A stretch of DNA of 57,569 nt, filler included, from Catajapyx aquilonaris (lineage: Eukaryota), in NCBI GenBank assembly GCA_000934665.2. It is 2 parts of 2 records of this genome, joined end to end, with 100 filler letters (N's around TTAATTAATTAA, not from the genome) between each part and the next. Parts side by side here need not be neighbours in the genome. Positions count along the whole stretch, not along the records: positions 28,885 to 57,569 come from KZ539242.1; 1 more part is not named here. One strand, written 5' to 3'. Positions within the stretch are counted from its first letter, which is position 1, and each line of letters starts with the position of its first letter. This document shows, piece by piece, positions 36,618 through 49,535 of the stretch. The position numbers and the translations under genes are program-made. A model generated the notes under the pieces. The model worked only from the letters and a program-made list of their open reading frames with translations. It made no database searches and was not told the origin of the DNA.

Positions 36618-39039
36618 ATGACAGATACAGTTATTTCGATTGAAGAAGAAAGAAAAGCGGAAAGTCAAAGTTCGTTTTGGGAAGTGTTACGACCAGTGGC
36701 CATCTTGTCAGTGTTTGGAGGAATCGCTCCTTTCCCTTGGCCAAGGAATGAAGAAGACTTGAGGGGAAAGTGGTACTGACGATGGCCAACAATGGTGCAT
36801 TTTCTTATTCTCGGATTTTACATCATCATGTTCATCTGTTATCCACCGAATTCTTGGACAGACAGCAATCAACATATAAATCAAATACAAAGAATAGCCA
36901 GCCATATTATAGATTCCGTAATATTTTTTGGTTCGTGGATAACCTTCATTCTGGTCCAAACGAAGGTCACCAGGGTTTGGAAACTGGTCATCCGCTTCTC
37001 AAATCAAGAAGTCACAAGTGACAAGAGAAAGTTGCGTATATATTCCGTGCTGCTGGTTGTTGCTTGCGTGCTTATTCCATTAATAATATTCGCTTATGTG
37101 ATAGCCTCTTCCGCTCTGGACGGGGAATTATTTGAGACATTCACCCTGTTGGCAGTATTCGTGGTGTACCATTGTGGTTTTTTATTACTCGTGGTGCTTA
37201 CCCAATTAATATTCTTAGTTCTTGTCCACCTTGCGCATCTGCAAAATTTCAATAATCAAATTATCAAAATCTGCAATTACCTCCAAACAAATGCAACTGA
37301 TGACCAACTCGATGAGAGAATTATGAAGTCCACAAGCGATTGTGTCTATCTTTTCCATGAGTTGAATACTTTGGTAAACATTATCAACAGTATTTATGGC
37401 ACACTGATTTTGAACATTTTCTTGATATTTATTATTTGGTTGACCACATCCTGCTTCTTTTTCTTTTTGAGGGCATCATTATCGCCCATTGTGTCAGTGT
37501 TTTGGTTCCTCGGTTTTTGCACCCAGGTATCATCCGGAGCTGCATTGGCCATCATTTTGGGAGCCATACCAAGACAGGTAAGATAAAGAGTACAGAGTAC
37601 AGAGTAAAGGGTACAGATCATAACGATTACTCTATCAGTTACAATATTTATTCCAATTTTTCTCACAAAGTCACCCCGCAATGAGGGGGTGACTTTGTGA
37701 CAATGTTCATTTCCTTAAGGTTTAACATGGAAAACGGAAAATACTGTCGTATAACAAAGTAGCATACAACATACGAGGGGAGGTGTGGTGGCCGTGATGG
37801 TAACGTCTCGGCTTGCTGAGTGAAAGGCCCCAGGTTCGATCCCCGCCTGGGGAACTTTCCTTTCACCTGCGTCAGGAGGGTCTCTGACCTGCACCAAGGA
37901 GGTGTCTGGCAACCTAACCTCCTGGGGGACAGCACATGACCCATTTGTAGACATTGCACTAGCACCTATGTTCCCTCCCAAAAAAATCCCTACCCCTACC
38001 CGACATCCTTGACTCCTTGCACCGGTGAATGAAGAAAAAGTGTAATACACAGAGAAAACTGATGGTGGTGTGCCACCCCACAAAGAGGCCTTTGATGCCT
38101 AGCACGGGGTATTAAAAAAACAAAACAAAAAAAACAAAACAAAAAAACATACAACATACGATGTTTTAATTGAATTGTTCTCACTAGTTGAATATTTTAC
38201 TGTGCATTATACTATATGCAACAAAAATCAATTTTTTTTCTATCCATGGAAATTCATGGCGATTTTCATGTTCCTTAAGTCATTCGTAACTCATAATGAC
38301 CATTAATTTTGTCTGCAATTTGTTTATGACCTTGGGTTAGGCAACAAACCAAAATCCTCAACATGTAGGGGTCATTCCGAATCAAGTGGGCGAAAATGTT
38401 GCTAGACCATCTCGGGTTTTGCTGCAAAAATTCACAGCTGTACACACCTATCCCATATCATTGCGTATCAAGTTTCAAGCAAATTGCAAAATACTGTCAG
38501 GAGGGAAAAAATAGCAATAATTTTATTACGCTTTTTTTAGAGCAGGAAGTCCTTGCCCGACCTCATCCATACATATCGTCAAGTCGATAACCCACGCGTC
38601 AAAGCAGACGTAAGTAACATAGAACATGCCACATATCATGCATGTATAATGACATACTGCACATCATAAATGCAATAGTTATTACTCTGAAGAATTACTG
38701 TATCTTAACAGGGAGCATTTCATTTCAGATGAAATCACTAATTAGAAGGATGACAGAGACTCCCATGGAGATAACTGCTGCTAGTTACTTCAAGGTCAAT
38801 CGCGCCCTATTGACCTCGGTATGTTTGGTTGTAGTTGAATTGGTTTTCATTCATCTGATCATAGCTCTGACAAAAAATGACCTCACTCTTCGCAGGTGGC
38901 AGGGGCAGTGACAACATACCTGATAGTACTGGCTCAGTTCAACGTGGCTGACAACACAAAGCAACTAACCATTGCATCATCGACCACTACTAGTGTAACA
39001 AACGCAGTTACTGATGTGACTCCGTATGAATCGACATAA
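36618..39039 (+). pseudogene. Gustatory receptor, copy E, single premature TGA at codon 54
   Basis: Exons 36618-37577, 38541-38609, 38729-38818, 38896-39039, otherwise open; AGA of paralogs is TGA at 36777-36779 (TGG TAC TGA CGA TGG). Confidence 0.88.
37777..38147 (+). mobile_element. tRNA-derived SINE family B in intron 1 of GR copy E
   Basis: 14-bp TSD CATACAACATACGA (37763-37776, 38148-38161), A-rich tail; empty site in paralog at about 43911-43924. Confidence 0.92.
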
Positions 39040-39438
39040 ATGGAAACGAAAGACAAGACACCGAATTTACTGGAAGAAACACTTCCATCTAAGCCACAAT
39101 CTTTATTATATTGTTTCAGGTAGTGGCCGATCTACCCGAAAAATCACTGTATGCAACGAGGTTATTACTTTGTGAAATAGTTATGTGGTATTTATTACAT
39201 TCAGATTTTTCTGCACATACTCTATGATGTGAGTGACATTAATGCAGTCGAAGGAATGACGTAAGGCCTATAGACCTTGGTCTAGGTGTGGTCACCTGTT
39301 ATGTCAATCGCCTGATATATTCAGTCAATATGAAAAACAATAAGACGACAGTTGGTGATATGACAGTGGAGAAGTACAAGGCACGCCGACGTTATTCTAG
39401 GAGTCGGTCGCTGGATTTGCCAAACTGAGATTATAAAA

Positions 39439-40741
39439 ATGACGAATACCGTGATTTCAGGGGAAGAAGCGAGACAACCGAAAGGTCAAAGTTCACTCTG
39501 GGAAGTGTTGCGACCAGTGGTAATCTTGTCAGTGGTTGGAGGAATAGTTCCTTTTCCGTGGCCCAGGAAGATGACTTGAGGGGAAAGTGGCACAGACGGT
39601 GGCCAACAATGGTTAATTTTCTTATTCATAGCTTTTACATCTTCATGTTCTGTTGTTATCCACCGAAGTACTGGACAGATAGCAATTATTTCATGAATAG
39701 AACACAAGGAATAGCTGCCTACATTATAGATTCCGTAATATTTGGTGGCGCATGGATAAGTTTCATATTGGTTCAACCCAAAGTCACCCAAATTTGGAAA
39801 CTGATAATCCGCTTTTCTAATCTGGGAATGACAAGGAGTGACAAGAGAAAGCTGCGAATTCATTCTCTGTTACTGGTTGTCGCTTGTTTCCTCATTCCTT
39901 CAATAACATTTTCTTTTCTGATAATATTTCGCGTAGGTAATGGAGATTTATTTGAGACGTTCCCCTTGGTGGAAATATTAGTGTTGTTTCATTGCATTTT
40001 CTTATTGGTAGTGATTGTTGCACCATTGATGTTCTGAGTACTTGTCCACATGTCGCGTCTTCAATATTTCAAAAGTCAAATTATCAAAATATGTAACTAC
40101 ATCATTACACGTGCAATCGATGACAAAGATAATGAAATAATTATGAGGTCAACAAGTGATTGCGTGGATCTTTACCATGAGTTGAGTGCTTTGGTGGACA
40201 CCATGAACAGTGTTTATGGCGTCCTGCTTTTGAACATTTTCCTGACATTTGTTATTTGGTTGACCACATCTTGCTTCATTTTCTTTTTGTGTGCATCGAT
40301 TATACCCACTATTGTGACAGTGTTTCGTTTATTCAGCATTTGCATCCAGGTATTATTCGGAGTTGCATTAGCTATCATTTTGGGAGCCATACAGAGTTAG
40401 GTAAGATAACATAGAGTAGCCTACCTATATGCGCACTTTACATCCACAAAATATTTTTTAGAGCACGAAGTCCTTGCCTGTTCTCATCCATCCATATCCT
40501 GAAGTTGTCAACCCACGTATTAAAGCAAAAGTAAGTGCCATGGAAAACGGTTCAACGGCGTATTGTACTGGACGTGCTAAGATAGAACCACCGTTATTAC
40601 AAGACGGGTGCCCTGCAGAATAATTACGTTAACAGGGGATATTTCATTTCAGTTGAAGTCGTTATTAGACGAATGTCTGGGCTTCCCATGGAAATAACTG
40701 CTGCCAGTTACTTCAAGGTCAATTGCGCCCTACAGACCTCG
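39439..40741 (+). pseudogene. Gustatory receptor pseudogene, copy F
   Basis: 4-nt deletion frameshift near 39566; stops at 40035-40037 and 40398-40400; exon 2 40462-40530; exon 3 40653-40741 with a 1-nt deletion; exon 4 missing. Confidence 0.9.
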
Positions 40742-41193
40742 GTATGTTGGACTGTCTTTATAAAAAAGAGAGAAATTCAGAAAAGGGCAGAAAATGAGGC
40801 CTTTTTGGTAGATTGGTTTTGGTTAGTGTAATTGGTCAAACCCTAGTATAAATACGATATACCGGTATTTCAAATGAAAGAGAAAGACGGGGAGAATGAA
40901 TAGGGAATTTGTTTTCGTCTAAAATGTAAGCAGAATATAATATGTGTTGGAACTGCTTCTATGCAGAGATTACTATTAAAAAGGCAGTATTTTTACATCA
41001 GAATGGCCTGATTGATCTTAACTACATATGCTATAATTATATTATTATGTGATTATCTTGATCAGGACGCAATGTACTGAGCAAGGGGTATTGAAATAAA
41101 AAAATAAATAATAATTATTATTATTATTATCATGAATGATTGTATAAAGACCTGCAGAGTAACGGATGGTTAACAGTGGACATTCCATTTCAG

Positions 41194-41465
41194 ATGAAGT
41201 CATTGATCAGACGAATGTGAGGGCCTCCCATGGAGATAACTGCTGCTAGTTACTTCACCATCAATCGCGCCCTATTGACCTCGGTATGTTGGGCTGTAGT
41301 TCAATTTGTTTCCATGCATTTCTTCACAGCTGACATATGACCTCATTCTACCCACTGCAGGTGGTAGGGGCAGTGACCACATACCTGATAGTACTGGCTC
41401 AGTTCAACGCGTCTGACGACACAAAGCACGTAACCACTGCAGCGTCGACCAATCATGTAGGATAA
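41194..41465 (+). pseudogene. GR fragment, copy G (exons 3-4, C-like)
   Basis: Exon 3 41194-41283 with TGA at 41218-41220; exon 4 41361-41465 VVGAVTTYLIVLAQFNASDD. Confidence 0.87.
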
Positions 41466-41892
41466 CAAACTCAGTAACTTGTGTGACTCCATATCGACAT
41501 AGATAGAAACGCAAGAAAACCTCTAAATCTACAGCAAGCACTTCAGTCTTCGCCACAAGCTTTACATTGTGTCAGAAAATTCGCATAAGAAGGCAATCGT
41601 ATTATGCAACAAGCTCCTTAGAGTGCACTAGTTTTGTCATATTTATGACCTTTGGTTTTGGCTAAACGAACTCATTGGGCGCGGCTATCATTCGATGTGA
41701 TTGACATTCATCGTCTATGACACAAGGCTTGTCAGGGGTGTGGTAACCTGACACGTCAAGCATCTGATGTAACTTATTTAGTCAATATGAAGAAACAACA
41801 AGACGACACCAGGCTGATATAACACCGGAGAAAGACAAAGTACGCGGACGTTCTTCTGCAAGTTGGCCACTTTATTTGCCAAAAATAAGTTT

Positions 41893-42364
41893 ATGACAAT
41901 AACGAATGCAGTGATTTCGGTGGAAGAAGCGAGACAAATGAAATGTCAAAGTTCATTTTGGGAAGTGTTCAGACCAGTGGCCATTTTGTCAGTGGTTGGA
42001 GGAATCGCTCCTTTTCCATGGCCCAAGAAGGAGGAGGACCTTAACAGTGGATATTCCATTTCAGATGAAGCCATTGATCAGACGAATGTCAGGGCCTCCC
42101 ATGGAGATAACTGCTGCTAGTTACTTCACCATCAATCGCGCCCTATTGACCTCGGTATGTTGGGCTGTTGTTGAACTTATATGTTTCTATTAATTTGTTC
42201 ACAGCTCTCAAATAATACTATGACCTCACTCTCTGTAGGTGGCAGGGGCTGTGAGCACATACCTGATAGTACTGGCTCAGTTCAACGTGGCTGACAACAC
42301 AAAGCAACTAACCATTGCATCATCGACAACTACTACTGTAACAAACGCAGTTACTGAGATGTGA
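41893..42364 (+). pseudogene. GR pseudogene, copy H (D-like) with about 1.18-kb internal deletion
   Basis: First 50 codons of exon 1 fused at TTAA (42041-42044) to intron 2; exon 3 42065-42154, exon 4 42239-42364. Confidence 0.88.
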
Positions 42365-42785
42365 CTCCGTATGAATCGACATAGATAGAAACGCAAGAAA
42401 AGACATTGAATCTACTGGAAGAATCACTTCAGTATTTATTCCACAATCTTTCTATTATGTCAGGAATTTATTATACGAAGGCAATCGTGTTATGTAACAA
42501 GGTTCTTACGTTGTGAAATAGTTCTGTGGTATTGATTACCCTTTGTTTTGCATGCACGAACTCATTGCGCTCTACGACGTGAGTGACATTAATGGTGTTG
42601 AAGGAATGACATGAGGCTTAGACCTCGGTCTAGTGGTCACCTTACCCGCCAATCGCCTGATGTATTCAGTCAATATGAAGAAACAATATTACGCCACCTG
42701 GCCCATATAACAGTGGAAAAGCACAAACCACGCGGACGTTATTCTGGACGTTGGCAGCTAGATTTACCAAATTAAGTTTATTAAA

Positions 42786-44762
42786 ATGACAAATACAGTT
42801 ATTTCGATTGAAGAAGAAAGAAAAGCGGAAAGTCAAAGTTCGTTTTGGAAAGTGTTACGACCAGTGGCCATCTTGTCAGTGTTTGGAGGAATCGCTCCTT
42901 TCCCTTGGCCAAGGAATGAAAAAGACTTGAGGGGAAAGTGGTACAGACGGTGGCCAACAATGGTGCATTTTCTTATTCTCGGATTTTACATCATCATGTT
43001 CATCTGTTATCCGCCGGATTCCTGGACAGACAGCAATCAACATACAAATCAAATACAAAGAATAGCCAGCCATATTATAGATTCCGTAATATTTTTTGGT
43101 TCGTGGATAACCTTCATTCTGGTCCAAACGAAGGTCACCAGGATTTGGAAACTGGTCATCCGCTTCTCAAATCAAAAAGTCACAAGTGACAAGAGAAAGT
43201 TGCGTATATATTCGGTGCTGCTGGTTGTTGCAGGCGTGATTATTCCATTAATAATATTCTCGTATGTGATAGCCTCTTTCGCACTTTTTGGGAACTTATT
43301 TGAGACATTTCCCTTGTTGGCAGTATTCGTGCTATATCATTGTGGTTTTTTATTACTCGTGGTACTTACACAATTAATATTCTTAGTACTTGTTCACCTG
43401 TCGCATCTGCAAAATTTCAATAATCAAATTATCAAAATCTGCAATTACCTCCTAACAAATGCAACTGATGACCAGCTCGATGAGAGAATTATGCAGTCCA
43501 CAAGTGATTGTGTCCATCTTTTCCATGAGTTGAATACTTTGGTAAACATCATCAACAGTATTTATGGCACACTGATTTTGAACATTTTCGGGACATTTGT
43601 TATTTGGTTGACCACATCCTGCTTCTTTTTCTTTTTGAGGGCATCATATTCGCCCATTGTGTCAGTGTTTTGGTTCCTCAGTATTTGCACCCAGGTATCA
43701 TCCGGAGCTGCATTAGCCATCATTTTGGGAGCCATACCAACACAGGTATGATAAAGAGTACAGATCATAACGATTACTCTATCAGTTACAAAATTTATTC
43801 CAATTTTTTCTCACAAAGTCAGCCCGCAATGACGGGGTGACTTTGTGACAATGTTCATTTCCTTAAGGTTTAACATGGAAAACGGAAAATACTGTAGTAT
43901 AACAAAGTAACATGCAACATACGCCGTTTTAATTGAATTGTTCTCACTAGTTGAATATGTTACTGTGTATTACACTATATGCAACAAAAATCAACTTTTT
44001 TTTTCTATCCATGGAAATTCATGGTGATTTCCACGTTCCTTAAGTCATTCGTAACTCATAATGACCATTAATTTTGTCTACAATTTAATTTTGACCCCGG
44101 GATAGGCAACAAACCAAAATACTCACATGTAGGGGTCATTCCGAATCAAGTGGGCGAAAATGTTGCTAGACCATCTCGCGTTTTGCTGCAAAAATTCACA
44201 GCTGTACACACCTATCCCATATCATTGCATATAAAGTTTCAAGCAAATTGCAAAATACTGTCAGGAGGGAAAAAATAGCGATAATTTTATTACGCTTTTT
44301 TAGAGCAGGAAGTCCCTGCCCGGCCTCATCCATACATATCGTCAAGTACATAACCCACGCGTCAAGGCAGACGTAAGTGCATAGAACATGCCACATATCA
44401 TGCATGTATAATGACATACTGTACATCTTAGATGCAATAGTTATTACTCTGAAGTATAACTGTATCTTAACAGGGGGCATTTCATTTCAGATGAAATCAC
44501 TAATTAGAAGGATGACAGAGACTCCCATGGAGATAACTGCCGCTAGTTACTTCAAGGTCAATCGCGCCCTATTGACCTCGGTATGTTGGGTTGTAGTTGA
44601 ACTTGTTTCCATTCATCTGTTCATAGCTTTGACAAAAAATGTCCTCACTCTACGCAGGTGGCAGGGGCAGTGACAACATACCTGATAGTACTGGCTCAGT
44701 TCAACGTGGCTGACAACACAAAGCAACTAACTATTGCATCATCGACCACTAATAGTATATAA
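42786..44762 (+). CDS. Gustatory receptor, copy I, intact, about 407 aa
   Basis: Exons 42786-43745, 44304-44372, 44491-44580, 44658-44762; closest paralog of copy E. Confidence 0.92.
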
Positions 44763-44891
44763 CAAACGCAGTTTAGAAACGCAAGAAAAGGCACCGAATC
44801 TACCCGAAGAATCACTGTATGCAACGAGGTTCTAACGTTGAGAAGTAGTTGTGTGGTATTTATTACATTTAGATTTTCCGCACATCATTTT

Positions 44892-45259
44892 GCTATCATT
44901 TAGGGAGCCATACAGAGAGAGGTAAGATAACATGTCCAGTAAGCCCTACCTATATGCGCACTTTACATCCACAAAATACTTTTTAGAGCACGAAGTCCTT
45001 GCCTGATCTCATCCATGCATATCCTGAAGTTGTCAACCCACGCATTAAAGCAAAAGTAAGTGCCATGGAACAACGGTTCAACGGCGTATTGCACTGGACA
45101 TGCTAAAAGCCACCGTTATTACAAGATGGGGTGCCCTGCAGAATAACTATACGTTAAGAGGGGATATTCCATTTCAGTTGAAGTCATTGATTAGACTTCC
45201 CATGGACATAACTGCTGCCAGTTTCCTCAAGGTCAATCGCGCCCTATAGACCTCGAGCG
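44892..45259 (+). pseudogene. GR fragment, copy J (F-like): end of exon 1, exon 2, damaged exon 3
   Basis: Exon 2 44987-45055 STKSLPDLIHAYPEVVNPRIKAK; exon 3 from 45178 with a 12-nt deletion and TAG. Confidence 0.82.
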
Positions 45260-46006
45260 GTATGTTGGACTGTATTTGTAAAAAAGAGATAAATTCGGAA
45301 AAGGGCTGAAATTGAGGCCTTTTTTGTAGATTTGTTTTGGTTAGTGGAAGTGGTCTAACCCTAGTAAATAATTATATACTGGCACTTCAAATGAAAGAGA
45401 AAGATGGGGAGAATGAATATGGAATTGGTTTTCCTCTCAAATGTAAGCAGAATAATACGTGTTGGAACTGCTTCTCTGCAGAGATTACTTTTAAAAAGGC
45501 AGTATTTTTTTACATCAGAATGGCCTGATTGATCTTAACTACATATGCTATAGTTATATTATGTGATTTTATTACAAATTTTAGAGCACGAAGTCCTTGC
45601 CCTACCTCAACCATGCATATAGTCAAGTCGGTAACGCACGCACGAACACATCAGTCTCAGACTAGCTGTCCTTGAGGGTGTACGCAAGTCTGGTGGCTCT
45701 TGACTATTTACATCCTGGGGTCAACACCATCGCCTGGAGAGGTTCGTCAACTAGCACCTATTGGCACCTATTGGTGAGATGTCGTATTCCATATTGATAG
45801 CTGTTTACATCGCCCATCGAACACACCATTTCGTGCTGGACAGTTTACATGGTTTTTTCATCGTTTGAATATGAATTTTTGTATGTTTATATGTGTACTA
45901 GGCTACATTGTGCGAGTGTTTATGCTGTGTCTGTATGTGTATTCATATCATCCTTTTCATAAAGGATTCATTAAACTGGTCGATCGAGATGGTCAGGTGG
46001 ATTGTA

Positions 46007-46842
46007 CAGTGCTGGACACAATAGCATATAACAAGTGTAAACAACGACTTTGGCGTTACCTGACAACTGGTCGTGTTCGGACATCGCCATGTGGAGAGTG
46101 CTTAGCGTTCTTTCTGTCGTTGCCACTGTTTACAGGTAGCGATTGATGCTGGGCGACCTATAGCGAAGGGTGTGTGCATGCTTACCAATGCATGGCATCG
46201 GAATGAGCGGGCTGAGGGGATATTATTTTGAGAAGGTGCTTCTCGTTATTAATTATCACACTATCGTCACTGTCTTATTCCCACGATGACGGAGTTATGG
46301 AATGGCCGGAAAGATGAGAGGGATGTTCTAGTAGGCCTAGTTGGTTGCTATGTGTGGTTCTTATGAAACGGCTAAACGACTCTGACAGTAATTCAGAACG
46401 AAAATGTCTCTCTTACCCAACCAACCCACCCTCTTTCACACACTCTCACCCACCCACTACTCCCCTTTCATCCGTTACACTGGACTTGATTGGGAGTGGA
46501 TGACATTCAATGTGGACCTTACAGACAAGAGCATGTACCGGACTCCTTCCCGATCATTCAGTAACTCCATGCATCCTGACTAATACTGGAAAGTGACAAT
46601 AGTGTGATAATAACGAATCGCCTTCTCAAAATAATATCCCCCTCAGCCCGCTTATTCCGATGCCATGCATTGGTAAGCATGCACACACCCTTCGTCCCAG
46701 CATCAATCGCTACCTGTAAACAGTGGCAACGACAGAAAGAACGCTAAGCACTCTCCACATGACGATGTCCGAACACGACCAGTTGCCAGGTAACGCCAAA
46801 GTCGTTGTTTACACTTGTTATATGCTATTGTGTCCAGCACTG
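46007..46842. mobile_element. Tc1-type MITE (same family as 27002)
   Basis: TA|CAGTGCTGGACACAATAGC..GCTATTGTGTCCAGCACTG|TA; CAGTGCTGG matches the Tc1 TIR start; arms about 260 bp. Confidence 0.9.
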
Positions 46843-47433
46843 TACTATATTATATGACACGCAAGAAGATTGTCATAACTGCTTATATTTTTCTGTGTTT
46901 ATGTGTTGGCTATCCTGGGCGCTGCCAGGTTACCGTGGTTGTTTATTTGGGGATATTTCGGAATTCTCAACACTGGTCACCGGTCACGGTCGCGGTCCCT
47001 TGGCCGCCCTGTCCCATGGCCGCACGGTCCGGGTCTCGGGAGGCTGGCCGGGGTGGGAGGTGCGTTGCGTTGTCTGGTGGAGGTGAAACGGTATTTATTT
47101 GGGACTAGCGCACCCGTAGCAAAAATTTGGCAAAACCAGCAATGAGGAAGACAATGGTACGGTAATGAAAAAATTTAATGAGAAGGCTTGCGGAGTGACA
47201 ACTAAGAAATAGCGTATCGCTGGTCGTCCTAGGACGGGGTTGAAAAATTGATATGTTTTCATTCCTCTTGTGTAGTCATCAAAATTAAGAAACTCTGTCT
47301 GAAATTTATGGTGTGGCGGGGGGGGGGGGGGGGGGGNGAGTGAGTGGTTGGTGAAAACGAAAAGGAGAGATTCATGACGAAAAGGTTGGGAACCACTGCT
47401 ACAATGAATTTTTCTCCTCTTTCTAGTATAGGC

Positions 47434-47897
47434 TATAAATAGGGTACAGGCAAAAATAGGGTGCGCCATCTTTCATTCGCGCGTGTTCTTGCCGTGTAGT
47501 TGCCATCAACGAGATAGAATAGGGTAGAGGCCGTAAAGGTCGGACATCTTTGAAGCAAAATGGCGGTCATCGGGCGGCCATGCCACTTCACGGCTAATTG
47601 TAATATCGCTAACCCTGTTCTCCTTTCCTGCCTCCTGGCGGGACTAGGAAGAAAAGCCTGTCTGGGGACGTTTTTATTTATTCCCACCCCCCGCCAGGAG
47701 GCAGGAGTGTAGACAGAGGAGAACAGGGTTAGAAATACGGCAATTTCAAATGAGCGCATGTTCTTGCCGTGAAGTGGCATGGACGCCAAAGATCACGTGA
47801 CCTTTACGGCCTCTACCCTATTCTATCTCGTTGGTTGCCATGGCCGCCGAAACCATCAAAGATGGCGGACCCTATTTTTGCCTGTACCCTATTTATA
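47434..47897. mobile_element. Palindromic MITE with an inner inverted repeat (47609-47731)
   Basis: TATAAATAGGGTACAGGCAAAAATAGGG..GAGATAGAATAGGGTAGAGGCCGTAAAGGTC is inverted at 47799-47897. Confidence 0.75.
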
Positions 47898-48059
47898 CCT
47901 CGTTGGCGTTCCCCACACTTCAAAATGACCGCCAGCCTTGGCAACGGCCTCAAACTGAGAGACGCGAACATCAAAATCGCCGACAGAAGTTTGCGTCACT
48001 TATGTAGTATACGTATGCTCCCTGATCGCGGCTTGAATTTTTTTTATACAGAATGTAGG

Positions 48060-48484
48060 CTTAGAAAAAATAGCGTGACATGGCGAGGGGGAAATACTGT
48101 CATAGTGTCGGATGCGCAAGGAGGGGGCATTTTCTGGCGGATTCCGGGTCCCTTGCTCATCTGTAGAATTTATTTGCATAATTATAGTCTTTCCCACTTT
48201 TGCAATTAATAATTGATGCATGTTTTTCTGCGCTTAGCGAGTAGGTTCAAGACACTATACCTGTTATTTTGTCATTGTCATATTTTTATATTGAAATATT
48301 TTTATGAGTCTTGAATCTGCTGGCTACGCGCGGAAAAACAAGCATCAATTAATTTCAAAGTGCGAAAGACGATATGCAAATAAATGCTACAGATAAACAA
48401 GGGACCAGGAATCCGCTAGAAAATGCCCCCTCCTTGCTCACGCGACAGTTTCCCCCTCGCCATGTCACGCTCTTTTTTTCTAAC
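48060..48484. mobile_element. Palindromic MITE (about 160-bp arms)
   Basis: TTAGAAAAAA.AGCGTGACATGGCGAGGGGGAAA..ATTAATAATTGATGC is inverted at 48342-48484. Confidence 0.72.
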
Positions 48485-49535
48485 CCCTTGGAGAATGGAC
48501 AGGCCACGCAAAGGATAATTATAATGGATAGGATGATAATGAAAATGATGATATGAATAATACATACAGACACATAAACACTCGCACAATGTACCTGGTC
48601 ATCGCTGGCAACCCCATCTTGGGAATATGCCGTGCAGATGCCGTGAGTGTAATGCGGTGTAATGAATGAATGAATGATAACCCTGGCGTCAAAGCAGACG
48701 TAAGTGATGTACATAGAACATGTGAGGCCTACGTATCTTGCAAGTATAATGGCTACAGTATATCTTAGAAGCAACAGTTCTTACAGGAACGGTTCCCTGC
48801 AGAATATACTGTAGGTAAACAGTGGATATTCCATTTCAGATGAAGTCATTGATCAGACGAATGTCAGGGCCTCCCATGGAGATAACTGCTGCTAGTTACT
48901 TCACCATCAATCGCGCCCTATTGACCTCGGTCTGTTGGGCTGCTGTTGAACTTATATGTTTCTATTAATTTGTTCACAGCTCTCAAATAATACTATGACC
49001 TCACTCTATGTAGGTGGCAGGGGCTGTTACCACATACCTGATAGTACTGGCTCAGTTCAACGTGGCTGACAACACAAAGCAACTGACCATTGCATCATCG
49101 ACCACTACTAGTGTAACAGACGCAGTTACTGATGTGACTCCGTATGAATCGACATAGATATAGAAACGCAAGAAAAAATCGACTGGAAGAATCACTTCAG
49201 TATACGTCACAATCTTTATATTATGTCAGGAAATTATCATAAGAAGGCAATCGTATTATGCAACAAAGTTCTTACGTAGTGAAATAGTTCTGTGGTATTC
49301 ATTATTATTTGTTTTGGCTGCACGACCTACTCATTGGGCTCTATGACGTGAATGACATTAATGATGTCGAAGGAATGACATGTGGTCACCTGACCCGCCA
49401 ATCGCCTGATGTAGTCAGTAAATAGGAAGAAACAATAAGACGCCACCTGGCCGATATAACAGTGGAAAAGCACAAAGCACGCGGACGTTATTCTGGACGT
49501 TGGCAACTAGATTTACCAATCTTAAGTTTATTAAA

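Larger units (their letters stand above)
45585..49157 (+). pseudogene. GR pseudogene, copy K: exon 2 split by about 3 kb of nested repeats, exons 3-4 intact, no exon 1
   Basis: Exon 2 starts 45585, breaks near 45642, resumes near 48676-48699; exon 3 48840-48929; exon 4 49014-49157. Confidence 0.8.
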
